The notes: generated by a model from the letters alone, not told the origin. 38,638 nt of DNA from an uncultured cyanobacterium (GCA_963766075.1 CAVYAN010000071.1:1-38638); one strand, 5' to 3'. Positions 11,098 through 20,338 are shown, counted from the first letter of the stretch. Program-made: numbers and translations.

Positions 11098-11775
11098 CTA
11101 GGCACTCCCATCCGGGGGGAGGAAACTCATCTGAGAAGAGTTCATTCCCAGCGTATGCATTAGAATTGCGGCTTGGGTGCGATCGCGTAGGCCCAGACGC
11201 GCCAAAATATTGGTTACATGATTCTTGACTGTCTTTTCGGCAATAAACAATGCCTGCGCAATCTCCCGATTGCTGGCCCCCGTTGCAATCAGCCGCAGAA
11301 TATCGTGTTCCCTGGGAGTCAACTCTTCCCATCCGTCAGGAAACTGCTGGGGTGCCGCCACGGGTCTAGGGGCCATTACCGCTTTGCCTAATCCCGGCCC
11401 GATTTGCGTATAGCCCTTATGCACAAACCGAATTGCCTGGGTCAATTCCTCAAAGGGTGTATCTTTGAGCAAATAGCCAGAGGCTCCGGACTGCATTGCC
11501 TGGGTGACATACGTCTCATCTCCAAACGTCGTCAGAATCAGCACCTTGGCATGGGGAAATCGTTGACAAATCACCTGAGTAGCCCCCACGCCGTCCATCA
11601 CCGGCATGCGAATATCCATCAAAATAACATCAGGCTGAAGGGCCGCAGTTTGGGCGATCGCCCCCTGTCCATCTGCCGCTTCACCGACGATTTCTAACTC
11701 GAAATCAGACTTCAGCAGCGCCCGCAAGCCTCGCCGAATCAGATCTTGGTCATCTACGAGTAATAAACGAATCAT
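11098..11775 (-). CDS. NarL/LuxR-family response regulator (REC + LuxR HTH)
   Basis: LVDDQ, ILMDIRMP (phospho-Asp), GYLLKD, LTPREHDILRLIATGASNREIA...KTVKNHVTNILARL. Confidence 0.95.
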   Translation of the reverse strand: MIRLLLVDDQDLIRRGLRALLKSDFELEIVGEAADGQGAIAQTAALQPDVILMDIRMPVMDGVGATQVICQRFPHAKVLILTTFGDETYVTQAMQSGASGYLLKDTPFEELTQAIRFVHKGYTQIGPGLGKAVMAPRPVAAPQQFPDGWEELTPREHDILRLIATGASNREIAQALFIAEKTVKNHVTNILARLGLRDRTQAAILMHTLGMNSSQMSFLPPDGSA

Positions 11776-11814
11776 ACAAACGCCGGGAAAAATTACTGAC
11801 CGATTGCTGACGAA

Positions 11815-13140
11815 CTACTGAGGTAAAGGAATCCAGGCCCGAATTTGGCAACCTTGGCCGGGGGCCGTATGCAGTTCAAATTTGCCGTTCAAACCCAGGA
11901 TACGTTCCCGCATGCCTTGCAGGCCAAAGCCCGTGGTATTTTGGGCGGACTCAAAGCCTTTACCATTATCAGTAATGATGACGTGAATCACCTCTTTCTG
12001 AATGGCCATGTCCTGAGCTGCCACAGGCGAAGCTGTCACATATTGAGTTGTAATATTGATGGCCACACGAGTGGCTTCGGCATATTTATAAATATTGGTT
12101 AGGGATTCCTGCACAATACGATAGATAGCAGTCTTAACAGAATAAGGCAGCGATCGCCCCACAACAATCTGACACTCTGGCTGTACACCCGTAGATCGCT
12201 GAAACTCCATGGCCAGCGTCGCGATCGCCGCATCTAAAGGCTTCCCTTGCAACGGGTCCGAGCGTATGGTTGTGACTGACTGCCGGACCTCTTGCAGCGC
12301 AGTTGCCCCTAACTGCTTTGCCTCCAGAATCAATGCCTTCGCCTCCTGGGGTTCAGAGTCTAGCAATCGCAATGCCGCCGCTAAATGCACATTAAATACC
12401 GTTAACGAATGGCCCAGAGAATCATGGATTTCGCGGGCAATGCGGCTGCGCTCCTGCATCGTCGCCAGATGCTCCATTTGAAACGCATAGTCCCGCAGAC
12501 GAGCATTTGCTGCCGCCAATTGCTCCCGACTTTGGCGCTCTGCCAGCACAGCCCCCACCAGCAGTTGCAGGAAAATCACCACAAGCCCAAAGCTCAATGC
12601 AAAAGAGATAAACAAGACCTGTAACCGTTGATCCCCCATAAATTCCGGTGGAGAACGGCGATTCCACAAAGGCGCAGGTAACCGCCAGCCCCAGGGCAGC
12701 AGCCGATTGTACAGGCGATCGCCCTGGGTAAGCAAGCCACAGAGCAGCGCCAGTAAAGTAATGCCCCAGCGCGGCCAAATCTGGGGCGATCGCCGTTCCC
12801 CCGGCGCAAACAACAAACAATTCCGCAGTACTACCACCAAGTACAGCAGTACAAACAACCGAATGCCTCCCACCATCGACATCAGGCCAATCAGACCAAA
12901 CTCTATCCCCGTAAACCAGAGCTTGTGGGCCATCCGCTGAGGCAATCGCCATCCCAATCCAGCAAAAATACCCAGGCAGAGCAAATTAAGTCCAGGATGA
13001 CGCGAACCATCAAACCGAGGCCCCAACGGCAGTTCACTCAGGGCCACAATGGCGAGCAATACCCATTCTAAATAGAGCAGAAAGCGGAGTGACTGCGAGC
13101 GAGCGGCAAGCGGGGGCATAGTGGGTATTACGGCAATCAT
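11815..13140 (-). CDS. Membrane-bound sensor histidine kinase, HisKA_3 (NarX/DesK-like)
   Basis: Several N-terminal TM helices, H-box ERSRIAREIHDSLGH, QESLTNIYKYA, DNGKGF, GFGLQGMRER. Confidence 0.94.
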   Translation of the reverse strand: MIAVIPTMPPLAARSQSLRFLLYLEWVLLAIVALSELPLGPRFDGSRHPGLNLLCLGIFAGLGWRLPQRMAHKLWFTGIEFGLIGLMSMVGGIRLFVLLYLVVVLRNCLLFAPGERRSPQIWPRWGITLLALLCGLLTQGDRLYNRLLPWGWRLPAPLWNRRSPPEFMGDQRLQVLFISFALSFGLVVIFLQLLVGAVLAERQSREQLAAANARLRDYAFQMEHLATMQERSRIAREIHDSLGHSLTVFNVHLAAALRLLDSEPQEAKALILEAKQLGATALQEVRQSVTTIRSDPLQGKPLDAAIATLAMEFQRSTGVQPECQIVVGRSLPYSVKTAIYRIVQESLTNIYKYAEATRVAINITTQYVTASPVAAQDMAIQKEVIHVIITDNGKGFESAQNTTGFGLQGMRERILGLNGKFELHTAPGQGCQIRAWIPLPQ

Positions 13141-13201
13141 GTATTTACTCTAACGCTGCTTGCCCCCTCTCCCACCAGAGTCCAGAGTCCCCACCCGCTA
13201 G

Positions 13202-13213
13202 GGACTAAAGTCC
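13202..13213. promoter_or_regulatory. Palindrome GGACT-AA-AGTCC about 60 bp upstream of the kinase start
   Basis: Perfect inverted repeat in the short gap before the two-component pair; a role as regulator site is inference only. Confidence 0.3.
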
Positions 13214-13221
13214 TCACCTCA

Positions 13222-14037
13222 TTAGCCCGCCACTGCACTAGGTTCTGTCTGGACCAGGCGTGTGATCTCGGGCGGAGATATCATCGACAGCTTCATTCTC
13301 CCGACTTTGCCGGGATAGAGAGCAGACAAAATCAACAGCCCCCCCATCGCCGTCATCATCGCATTTTCAGCAAAGCTAACAATGCCTAGGGGCGCTTTAG
13401 AGTTCCCCCCAATGCAGGCGCAGTTCAGCGCCATTTTGTCGATATACACCGCCTTCACCACAGAAGTTGCGCCGCTCACACCCACCAGGAATGAACTGAT
13501 ACCTGTCATCAGGGGCACCATGCCCGAAAGCAATCCCAAACCAATTAATAATTCTGCAAAGGGATAAACTGTGCCGTAGGGCTTAAACCGCCGCGCCATC
13601 AAGTCATACTTCTGAAAACTGGCCGTAAATGCGGGCAGATCCATCAATTTCAACGAAGCCAACATCGACAGGGAAATCCCCATAAACCCCACCATGCCCA
13701 ACGATGTCGCCAGGGCCATGAGTCCTGCCGTGGAAAACAGCGCCATGACTGGCACGTAGGAATACTCCGCCTTGCTTGCTGTGACCGCTAAACGTGCGGC
13801 CAGGTCCGTATAGCCACCAATCCGTTCATCCCCAAAGAAAACTTGCGGCGTCGTGGCCACGCCATATTTCGCTTTGAAGGCATCTACGGCATCCCGCGAT
13901 CGCAAGGGCATATCGACAAACACAAGCCCTCGTTCCGTCAGCAAATTAACGGTCTTTAAGCCCCAGGGACATTCCTGTTCCGGCATTGACATCCGATAGA
14001 GCGTGATCTGAGTCGCGGGCACATTAACATTAGCCAT
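13222..14037 (-). CDS. Glutaredoxin-like domain fused to a MauE/DoxX-family membrane domain
   Basis: N-terminal CPWG, TTPQVF, RIGGYTDL (glutaredoxin fold); C-terminal TM region with YDL...YPFAEL and LNCACIGG...PLG (MauE CxC). Confidence 0.85.
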   Translation of the reverse strand: MANVNVPATQITLYRMSMPEQECPWGLKTVNLLTERGLVFVDMPLRSRDAVDAFKAKYGVATTPQVFFGDERIGGYTDLAARLAVTASKAEYSYVPVMALFSTAGLMALATSLGMVGFMGISLSMLASLKLMDLPAFTASFQKYDLMARRFKPYGTVYPFAELLIGLGLLSGMVPLMTGISSFLVGVSGATSVVKAVYIDKMALNCACIGGNSKAPLGIVSFAENAMMTAMGGLLILSALYPGKVGRMKLSMISPPEITRLVQTEPSAVAG

Positions 14038-14122
14038 AATTACTTTCCTTGTGAATTAAGATAGCAACTCCCAAATAGCAACTCGCAATGACGCACCCTC
14101 AGTAGGGCCATACCTCGTAGTG

Positions 14123-14539
14123 CTATACCCTAAGGTTCGGACAAATGGCCCCAGGATGCGGCGGCGGCGCTGCCGACCAGCGTTGGAGCGTATCAGTGAG
14201 CTTGAGGCGCAAGGCCATCAGGTCTGCCACTTGCCGATCAATCTCCTTCACATGCTGTTCCAGCTTCGTTTGAATATCCTGACAAGGAAGCTGATCGTGG
14301 TCGTATACAGAAAGTGATTCACCAATTTCCTGAAGGCTTAAGCCCAGAGATTTCAGGCGTTTAATGAACGCAAGCCGATTCACTGCATCAGCCTGAAACA
14401 GACGAAAATGTCCCTCCGTGCGGCCACAGGCCTTCAATAGCCCAAGTTCCTCGTAGTAGCGAATCGTTTTAACGGATACGCCGCTGTGAGCAGAGAGTTC
14501 ACCAATCTTTAAAGCCACTTGTTCCGATGCCAGCATCAT
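14123..14539 (-). CDS. MerR-family heavy-metal-responsive transcriptional regulator
   Basis: LKIGELS...VSVKTIRYYEELGLL, RLAFIKRLKSLGLSLQEI, Cys residues in LPCQD and ICPNL. Confidence 0.93.
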   Translation of the reverse strand: MMLASEQVALKIGELSAHSGVSVKTIRYYEELGLLKACGRTEGHFRLFQADAVNRLAFIKRLKSLGLSLQEIGESLSVYDHDQLPCQDIQTKLEQHVKEIDRQVADLMALRLKLTDTLQRWSAAPPPHPGAICPNLRV

Positions 14540-14562
14540 GATTGCCTTCTCAACGCATCTTC

Positions 14563-14594
14563 AGTATAAAATCTCCAGCCAACAGGAGAGTCAA
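14563..14594 (-). promoter_or_regulatory. MerR-type promoter: TTGACT - 20 bp - TATACT with dyad TCTCC-N8-GGAGA
   Basis: On the minus strand -35 at 14594-14589 and -10 at 14568-14563; over-long spacer holding an inverted repeat; about 25 bp upstream of the merR start. Confidence 0.8.
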
Positions 14595-14609
14595 GCGCCC
14601 GTCATCAAT

Positions 14610-14648
14610 ATGGCTGTTTGTCAAATGGCTGTTTGTCAAATAGCTGTT
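14610..14648. repeat. 15-bp tandem repeat ATGGCTGTTTGTCAA x2.6
   Basis: Units 14610-14624, 14625-14639 and a partial unit at 14640-14648. Confidence 0.85.
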
Positions 14649-14849
14649 CCCGTGGGCACGAAGGTACTGGCTCCGTTGGGTAGAAATGAGTAGGAAGTGA
14701 GTAGGAAGGTCAACAAAAGAAAAATTTCCGATCATCCAACGCGCGATCCTTACGGTAGGCTGTAGGAGAAGCCATAGACGATTTCGCTCTGCATGCGGAC
14801 TCTGTGCCCCTTCTACACCCTTCCCCGGCCTACTTCGGCTCAGCCTTCC

Positions 14850-15281
14850 ATGTCTAACCTTGATGTAGTTGCCCTGAACCCAACAGACACAACGCCTTCA
14901 GAACCCCGAACATTGCCTGCCGAAGTACCCCGCTGCAAAGAGGTCCATCCCGTTGACCTCAGCAGTGTCCGACAACTCCATCGCGACCTACTGAGTGTCA
15001 CAAAAGCCCAGCGCATGGCCGAATTCTTCAGCCTCCTAGGGGACGCCAATCGCCTGCGCATCCTGTCAGCCCTCGCAGTCCAGGAACTTTGCGTCTGCGA
15101 CCTAGCCGCCGCTGTCAAAATGAGCGAATCTGCTGTATCCCATCAAATGCGAATGCTGCGATCGCTCCGTCTCGTCGGTTATCGCAAACAAGGCCGCAAA
15201 GTGTTCTACTCGCTCAAAGATCACCACGTGCTCACCCTCTACCAAGAAGTCGCCGAGCATCTGGACGAGGTAGACGACTAA
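14850..15281 (+). CDS. ArsR/SmtB-family metal-sensing repressor (SmtB/ZiaR-like)
   Basis: [37 protein letters not shown], alpha5 site DHH...EHLDE, N-terminal Cys/His (CKEVH). ATG at 14850 preferred. Confidence 0.92.
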   Translation: MSNLDVVALNPTDTTPSEPRTLPAEVPRCKEVHPVDLSSVRQLHRDLLSVTKAQRMAEFFSLLGDANRLRILSALAVQELCVCDLAAAVKMSESAVSHQMRMLRSLRLVGYRKQGRKVFYSLKDHHVLTLYQEVAEHLDEVDD

Positions 15282-15404
15282 GGTCCGGAGGGACTAGAGA
15301 CGAGGCAATCAGGATCCGACTTAACCAATAGCCGATTCAACCCAGATGACTCGCCCATGCCCATTGGATGAATCTCCGTTCAGAAAGCAATTCTCAGGGA
15401 GCAA

Positions 15405-15453
15405 TGCCTTTTCTTGCTGGCTGAGCGAAGCTCGAAGCCAGCAAGAAAAGGCA
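15405..15453. terminator. Perfect 18-bp hairpin between convergent smtB-like gene and petM
   Basis: TGCCTTTTCTTGCTGGCT (15405-15422) / AGCCAGCAAGAAAAGGCA (15436-15453), 13-nt loop; the centre CTGAGCGAAGCTCGAAG resembles the REP-like family. Confidence 0.75.
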
Positions 15454-15575
15454 ACGTGAAATGCGCCCATGCCAAGGGCCATCACTATTCGATTATTACT
15501 AGAGTTAAATCATCACGAGAGCCGGAATAGTGGGCGAAGAGCCAAATCCCTGCCCACTCAAAGTGCCCATCCCGC

Positions 15576-15677
15576 CTACTCCTCGCCACCTTGCAACTTC
15601 AGCAGCAAAAAGCCCAAACTAAGGCCCAGGGGAATTAAAACAATACACAGCAGGGCGGCGTTAAACATTTCTCCCAT
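15576..15677 (-). CDS. petM: Cytochrome b6f complex subunit 7 (PetM), 33 aa
   Basis: Below the ORF-track cutoff. MGEMFNAALLCIVLIPLGLSLGFLLLKLQGGEE matches the PetM pattern (GExFNAA...GxxLGFLLLKxQGxEE); AGGAG RBS; divergent from pdxA. Confidence 0.92.
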   Translation of the reverse strand: MGEMFNAALLCIVLIPLGLSLGFLLLKLQGGEE

Positions 15678-15808
15678 GACCCGTTCTCCTATGCGATCGC
15701 ATCGCGATAAATAAATTTCAGTTTCAATCCACTCACCATGCGCTAAGCACAGATGAGAATGGCAGCCAAACCTGCATAAAGTATTCTAAACCAGTTTGAT
15801 GGCACATC

Positions 15809-16882
15809 ATGCTTAAACGTTGTCCGCGCTTGGCCATGCCCCTCGGGGATCCAGCAGGCATTGGTCCAGAAGTCATCCTCAAAACCCTCGCCGATCCCCT
15901 CGCCACCCAAACCTGCGACGTTGTGGTCGTCGGTAGTCGATCCCAGCTCCACCAGACCTATACCCACCTCCGACAGATTGCCCCCGATCTCCCCCTGGCC
16001 CATCCCGACCACCTAACCCTGGTAGATTTGGACTGCCCTGCTACATTGACTCCCCACTTGCCCCTAGGCCAAGGCACAGCCGCTAGTGGAGCCGCCAGCT
16101 TTCAGTATTTGACCTGGGCGATCGACCAAGCCCTACAAGGCAATATTCAAGGCATCGTCACCGGGCCGATCGCCAAATCGGCCTGGAAAGCCGCAGGCCA
16201 TCTCTATCCCGGCCAAACAGAACTGCTAGCAGAAAAAGCAGGCGTCACAAAATTTGGCATGGCCTTCGTCGCGCGATCGCCCCATACAGGCTGGGTACTG
16301 CGGACAGTGCTAGCAACCACCCACATTCCCCTCCGCCAAGTGGCCAATATCCTCACCCCAGACCTGATGACCCACAAACTGGACCTGCTGGTGGACTTTT
16401 TGCAGAGGGACTTTGGGTTAGCACAGCCCACGATCGCAATCGCCGGCCTGAATCCCCACAGCGGCGAGCAGGGACAGCTTGGTCAAGAAGAAGTCGAATG
16501 GCTCAGCCCATGGATACGAGCCATGGGCGATCGCCACCCTGCACTCACCCTGATCGGCCCCGTCCCACCAGACACCCTCTGGGTGCAACCAGGACAAGCC
16601 TGGTTCGGCACCGCCCCCTTTGCCGCCGTCGCCCCCACTACGCCACACAGCCACACTCCCCTCGCTGACGCCTACCTCGCCCTCTACCACGACCAAGGCT
16701 TAATTCCCGTTAAACTCATGGCCTTTGATCGGGCCGTCAACACCACCCTTGGCCTGCCATTTGTCCGCACCTCCCCGGATCACGGCACCGCCTTTGCGAT
16801 CGCGGGCAAAGGCATCGCCGACGCCACTAGCATGAAAGCCGCCCTCCAACTAGCCGCAGAACTTTGCCGCCAGCGCCTTTAG
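15809..16882 (+). CDS. pdxA: 4-hydroxythreonine-4-phosphate dehydrogenase
   Basis: [57 protein letters not shown]. Confidence 0.96.
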   Translation: MLKRCPRLAMPLGDPAGIGPEVILKTLADPLATQTCDVVVVGSRSQLHQTYTHLRQIAPDLPLAHPDHLTLVDLDCPATLTPHLPLGQGTAASGAASFQYLTWAIDQALQGNIQGIVTGPIAKSAWKAAGHLYPGQTELLAEKAGVTKFGMAFVARSPHTGWVLRTVLATTHIPLRQVANILTPDLMTHKLDLLVDFLQRDFGLAQPTIAIAGLNPHSGEQGQLGQEEVEWLSPWIRAMGDRHPALTLIGPVPPDTLWVQPGQAWFGTAPFAAVAPTTPHSHTPLADAYLALYHDQGLIPVKLMAFDRAVNTTLGLPFVRTSPDHGTAFAIAGKGIADATSMKAALQLAAELCRQRL

Positions 16883-16906
16883 TCCTTCTGGCCCCCTCAA
16901 GACCCC

Positions 16907-17536
16907 TCAGTGGCTACTCAGCACCTCCACTAGCTGGCCGGGATGCTGAATTAAAAAATCCGGCTGATGCCGCGCCAACGCCTGACTCGTGTTAAATCCC
17001 CAGCCCACGGCAATCACCTTGATTTCAGTTTTGCGCGCGGCTTCCACATCCCGCGTCTCATCGCCAACATAAATCACCCGAGCCGGATTGAGATGATTTT
17101 TGCGGATAATTTGGCGCAAAACTTTTTCCTTGCCAAATAGGGACAGCCCGCCCCCCACAAAGTCAAACAAGTCCTCTAAACCTTGGGTTTTAAGAAAACT
17201 CCGCACATTTTCCTCGGAGTTAGAACTGACGATCCCGAGGCAATCGCCCCGATGCTTCAATGCCAGTAATGCCTCCTTCATCCCCGGAATGGGTTTCAGA
17301 TTGCACACTTCGCTGTTAAATTCCCGCCGAAACCGCCGCAGGAAAAAAGGCAACCGAATTCGGGGCACCTTCGATTGTCTAATAATTTCGCGAGAACTCA
17401 GGCTGCGAAAATGTTGCACCTCCTCAGGGCCAATCGTCGGGAAACCATATTCAATCGCCAAGCGGTTCGTAATGGCGACAAAGGTGCCAAAGGAGTCGGC
17501 AATCGTGCCGTCAAAGTCAAAAATAATCACGTTCAC
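16907..17536 (-). CDS. HAD-superfamily hydrolase (phosphoglycolate phosphatase-like)
   Basis: FDFDGTIADS motif I, VSSN motif II, YVGDETRD motif IV, VGWGF. Confidence 0.9.
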   Translation of the reverse strand: MNVIIFDFDGTIADSFGTFVAITNRLAIEYGFPTIGPEEVQHFRSLSSREIIRQSKVPRIRLPFFLRRFRREFNSEVCNLKPIPGMKEALLALKHRGDCLGIVSSNSEENVRSFLKTQGLEDLFDFVGGGLSLFGKEKVLRQIIRKNHLNPARVIYVGDETRDVEAARKTEIKVIAVGWGFNTSQALARHQPDFLIQHPGQLVEVLSSH

Positions 17537-17660
17537 AACGGTGCTCAGAAAAATAGCATTCAGGATGGGTGGGGAGCGCTCTCAGAATGAGGCGCACTCC
17601 CGATATTTTGTCAGGAAACGTTGGTAAATCATTCTTAAAGTTAGCTCTAAAGCAGTAACG

Positions 17661-17674
17661 GTAAAATTAGATAC
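17661..17674. promoter_or_regulatory. NtcA box GTA-N8-TAC overlapping a -10 element (TAAAAT, 17662-17667)
   Basis: GTAAAATTAGATAC is an exact consensus match, 44 bp upstream of the ATG at 17719. Confidence 0.7.
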
Positions 17675-17718
17675 AGAAATCAAGTTGAAATACGCTCTCT
17701 TATTAATCCACTAAATCC

Positions 17719-18123
17719 ATGAAACTGCTCTATCGTGGCGTCCAGCATAACTACCATTTTCCCACTTTGGAAGTCATCGAGGCCGAAATTCAGGGCAACT
17801 ATCGCGGAGTGGCCGATCACCGTCCGGCTTTGCGAGTGCCCCCCGTGCCGCAGCTCAGCTATGACCTGATCTGCCGGAGCGCGCCCTACACCACCAGCGA
17901 TCGAGCAGGGCAAGTTACCGTTGGCCGAGTGGCGATCGCCCCGCCGCCGTCGGCACATCCCGCCTCCCCCGTTGTCCTAACGTCCACCCTTCTGAACCAC
18001 CCTGCCCGCATCCATGAACAGCACCTGCGCCAAAACTTAGAACGCCGCCTGCAAGCGGCTCAAGATCGGGGCGATCATGATTTGATCTATCTCTTAGAAG
18101 CGGAACGGCGACAGTTGACCTAG
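17719..18123 (+). CDS. DUF4278-domain protein with PirA-like C-terminal helix pair
   Basis: N-terminal MKLLYRGV...GNYRGV...L.CRSAPY (repeated YRG motifs typical of DUF4278); C-terminal HEQHLRQNLERRLQAAQDRGDHDLIYLLEAERRQL. Confidence 0.8.
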   Translation: MKLLYRGVQHNYHFPTLEVIEAEIQGNYRGVADHRPALRVPPVPQLSYDLICRSAPYTTSDRAGQVTVGRVAIAPPPSAHPASPVVLTSTLLNHPARIHEQHLRQNLERRLQAAQDRGDHDLIYLLEAERRQLT

Positions 18124-18198
18124 GAGTTGGCTCAGGATTTGGGCCAGAGTTTAGCTCAGAGTTTGGCCGCCGCCCCGCCGCCTCGAGTTGGAGTGCGC

Positions 18199-18840
18199 TC
18201 ATTTCTCAGATTCTGCCCATTTTTCTGCCTGGATCACCTGTAAGCTGCCCCCTGCGTAAAAAGTGTGGCGCACAATCCGAAATCCGGCATCCCCCAGGCT
18301 AGCAGCCAGATCCATGCGCAGTAAGGCCCACGCCGTTTCCGTTTCAAACAGCAGCAAAAAAACAGCGATCGCGGGCACAAACAGGGGATTCGTCGGCGCA
18401 TGGAAATCCACCAAGGCAAAGACTCCCCCGGGTTTCAGCACCCGCCGCACCTCCTGCAAAATCTGCTGAAGCTGAGCGGGCTTCATTTCGTGCAGCGCCG
18501 CACTGGTATGCACGAGGTCAAATTGACAATCGCTAAAAGGCATGGCTTCCGCAAACGCCTCCACATACTCCGCCTGGGGCACCCTATGTTTGGCCCGCTG
18601 AATTGCCTTGGGTGAGGCATCCAGGCCAGTCACATGGTGGGAGTGCTGGACCAGCATCCAGGTTGCCTGCCCACTGCCACAGCACAGATCCAACACGCGC
18701 ATTTCCGGGGCGATCGCCACCCCCTCCAGAGCCAGTTGGCGAAACCGCCGTTCCCCGCCCACACTCACCGCCGCCAGTCGCGCAATGCTGTCGTAGAACC
18801 AGGAATAACGGTAGCTGAGATCGCGCAGAAAGGTAGCCAT
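18199..18840 (-). CDS. Class I SAM-dependent methyltransferase (UbiE-like)
   Basis: VLDLCCGSG, GLDAS, FDLVHTSAALHEM, RVLKPGG. ATG at 18840 (MATFLRDLSYRY) preferred over GTG at 18903. Confidence 0.9.
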   Translation of the reverse strand: MATFLRDLSYRYSWFYDSIARLAAVSVGGERRFRQLALEGVAIAPEMRVLDLCCGSGQATWMLVQHSHHVTGLDASPKAIQRAKHRVPQAEYVEAFAEAMPFSDCQFDLVHTSAALHEMKPAQLQQILQEVRRVLKPGGVFALVDFHAPTNPLFVPAIAVFLLLFETETAWALLRMDLAASLGDAGFRIVRHTFYAGGSLQVIQAEKWAESEK

Positions 18841-18899
18841 GGGATCAAGATTAGGAGAGAGAACGACAGAAGAACGGTTTAGGGTGGGCTGATTTGGGT

Positions 18900-20090
18900 T
18901 CACGGCGGGGCTGATTTGGGAGTTGTTCCCCTTTGGCTTCTGGCCAAAGCGGTATCAACGGCCTGCTGCTGATCGCGGTGGGTTAGCCATTGGTGATAGG
19001 TGCGCGTGTGGATGGCGACGGAATGTCCCATCATCTTGGCGGCGACGGTGTCCGGCAGACCCACATGGATGGTGCGGACGGCCCAGGCATGGCGGAGATC
19101 GTAGGGAGAAAAGGGCAAACCATAGCGTCGGAATTGACTGGTCACCCGTTGGCCAATCCGTTGCAGGGTGGTTTTGGTTAGGTCGGTTTCAATGGGCGGC
19201 AGGAGGATGTTGCCCAACTGGAAGTGCTCAATCCAGTCGGGAAAAAACGGCCAAACCTCGTGGGAGCCAGTTTTTGTGCTGCTGAGGACTTGTACCGTGG
19301 CGGGGGCAGTGCCGTGACGGAGGGCGGTAAAGTCGCAGAAAAAGACCTCATGGTTGCGGAGGCCATAGGTGGCCATGATGCCGTAAACAAAGCGCCAAGC
19401 TGGGTTGGGAATTTTCTCCCAGCTTTCTAGAATCAGCTCGTCGGTGGGCAGGTCACGGGCCTGGGTGCGGGTGGTGCCGTAGTTTCCCCAGAACGTTTTT
19501 AAGTCCAGGGGCAGTTCTAGATTCAGGAATTGGGCGATCGCCCCTAGGGCGGTGCAACAGATCTGACGACTGCGGGTATTGGCAGTGGTTGCCTGGACTG
19601 TGGCATAGATGGCTTCTGCTGGGGTGAGATTGGGATGGGTTTGGGCGATCGCCACCCATTTCCGTAAATAGGGCAGATAGGCCGTTTCCCAGGTGGTTTT
19701 GGCGGAGGCGGGATGGACCAAGCGCTGAGGAGCCTGAAAGAAGTGGCGTTCAAACGCTGCGATCTGCTGCTCTAGGCCCAACTGGTCCAATCGCCCCCAG
19801 CCCACCCCTTCCAGATAATTGCGCCAGTCAAAGGTTTTTTGAATCAAGTGGGCCGCAATGACTTTAGCCTCCTGCTCCGCCTGTTTCAGTCCGGCGGCGG
19901 TGGCGGGCAGGCCCAAGCTCAGGCGCTGCTGGGAAGATTTAAGCTTGATGCTGCCGGGGCGGGGGGGAAGGATGCCGCGCAGATTTAGGCGATCGCCCCG
20001 CCGTTCAATTTGAAACCCCAGCTTACCCACCTTGAGGCGGTGATTCACCTGGACAATTTTGGCATCCAGGGCAGAATAGGCATCGGTCAT
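18900..20090 (-). CDS. Tyrosine recombinase / site-specific integrase
   Basis: Catalytic residues: YGLRNHE (R), TKTG (K), YDLRH (YxxR in place of HxxR), MMGHS (H), HTRTYHQW (Y); N-terminal arm-binding-like region. Confidence 0.9.
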   Translation of the reverse strand: MTDAYSALDAKIVQVNHRLKVGKLGFQIERRGDRLNLRGILPPRPGSIKLKSSQQRLSLGLPATAAGLKQAEQEAKVIAAHLIQKTFDWRNYLEGVGWGRLDQLGLEQQIAAFERHFFQAPQRLVHPASAKTTWETAYLPYLRKWVAIAQTHPNLTPAEAIYATVQATTANTRSRQICCTALGAIAQFLNLELPLDLKTFWGNYGTTRTQARDLPTDELILESWEKIPNPAWRFVYGIMATYGLRNHEVFFCDFTALRHGTAPATVQVLSSTKTGSHEVWPFFPDWIEHFQLGNILLPPIETDLTKTTLQRIGQRVTSQFRRYGLPFSPYDLRHAWAVRTIHVGLPDTVAAKMMGHSVAIHTRTYHQWLTHRDQQQAVDTALARSQRGTTPKSAPP

Positions 20091-20338
20091 GGCACACTAA
20101 ATATAGACGTCTTCAATTCCTGCTACGGTAGTTTCCGTTCGGCTCGTCCTGGAACCCGTTCAAGCATCCGCTAAGGTGATTGTACTGATCTCATGAAACA
20201 GATGTACACCCTAGCGGTCCAATTCCTTCTCCCAGCGTTGCGCAGAAATCCTGACCTGATGACAACGGCTTGTCTCGGGGGGGAACCTCAATGTTAAAAT
20301 CGGTTAAAAAGATTAGAAAACGGGAAACGGTTGGGGCT

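Noticed and set aside
17675..17718. Glutamine (glnA-type) riboswitch expected upstream of DUF4278 genes
   Set aside because: The leader is only about 45 nt and lacks the CGTT...GGAAG...GAAGGAACG core.
18900..20090. Integrase as the boundary of a prophage or genomic island
   Set aside because: No tRNA, att repeats, phage or cargo genes; flanks are housekeeping genes with host-like composition.
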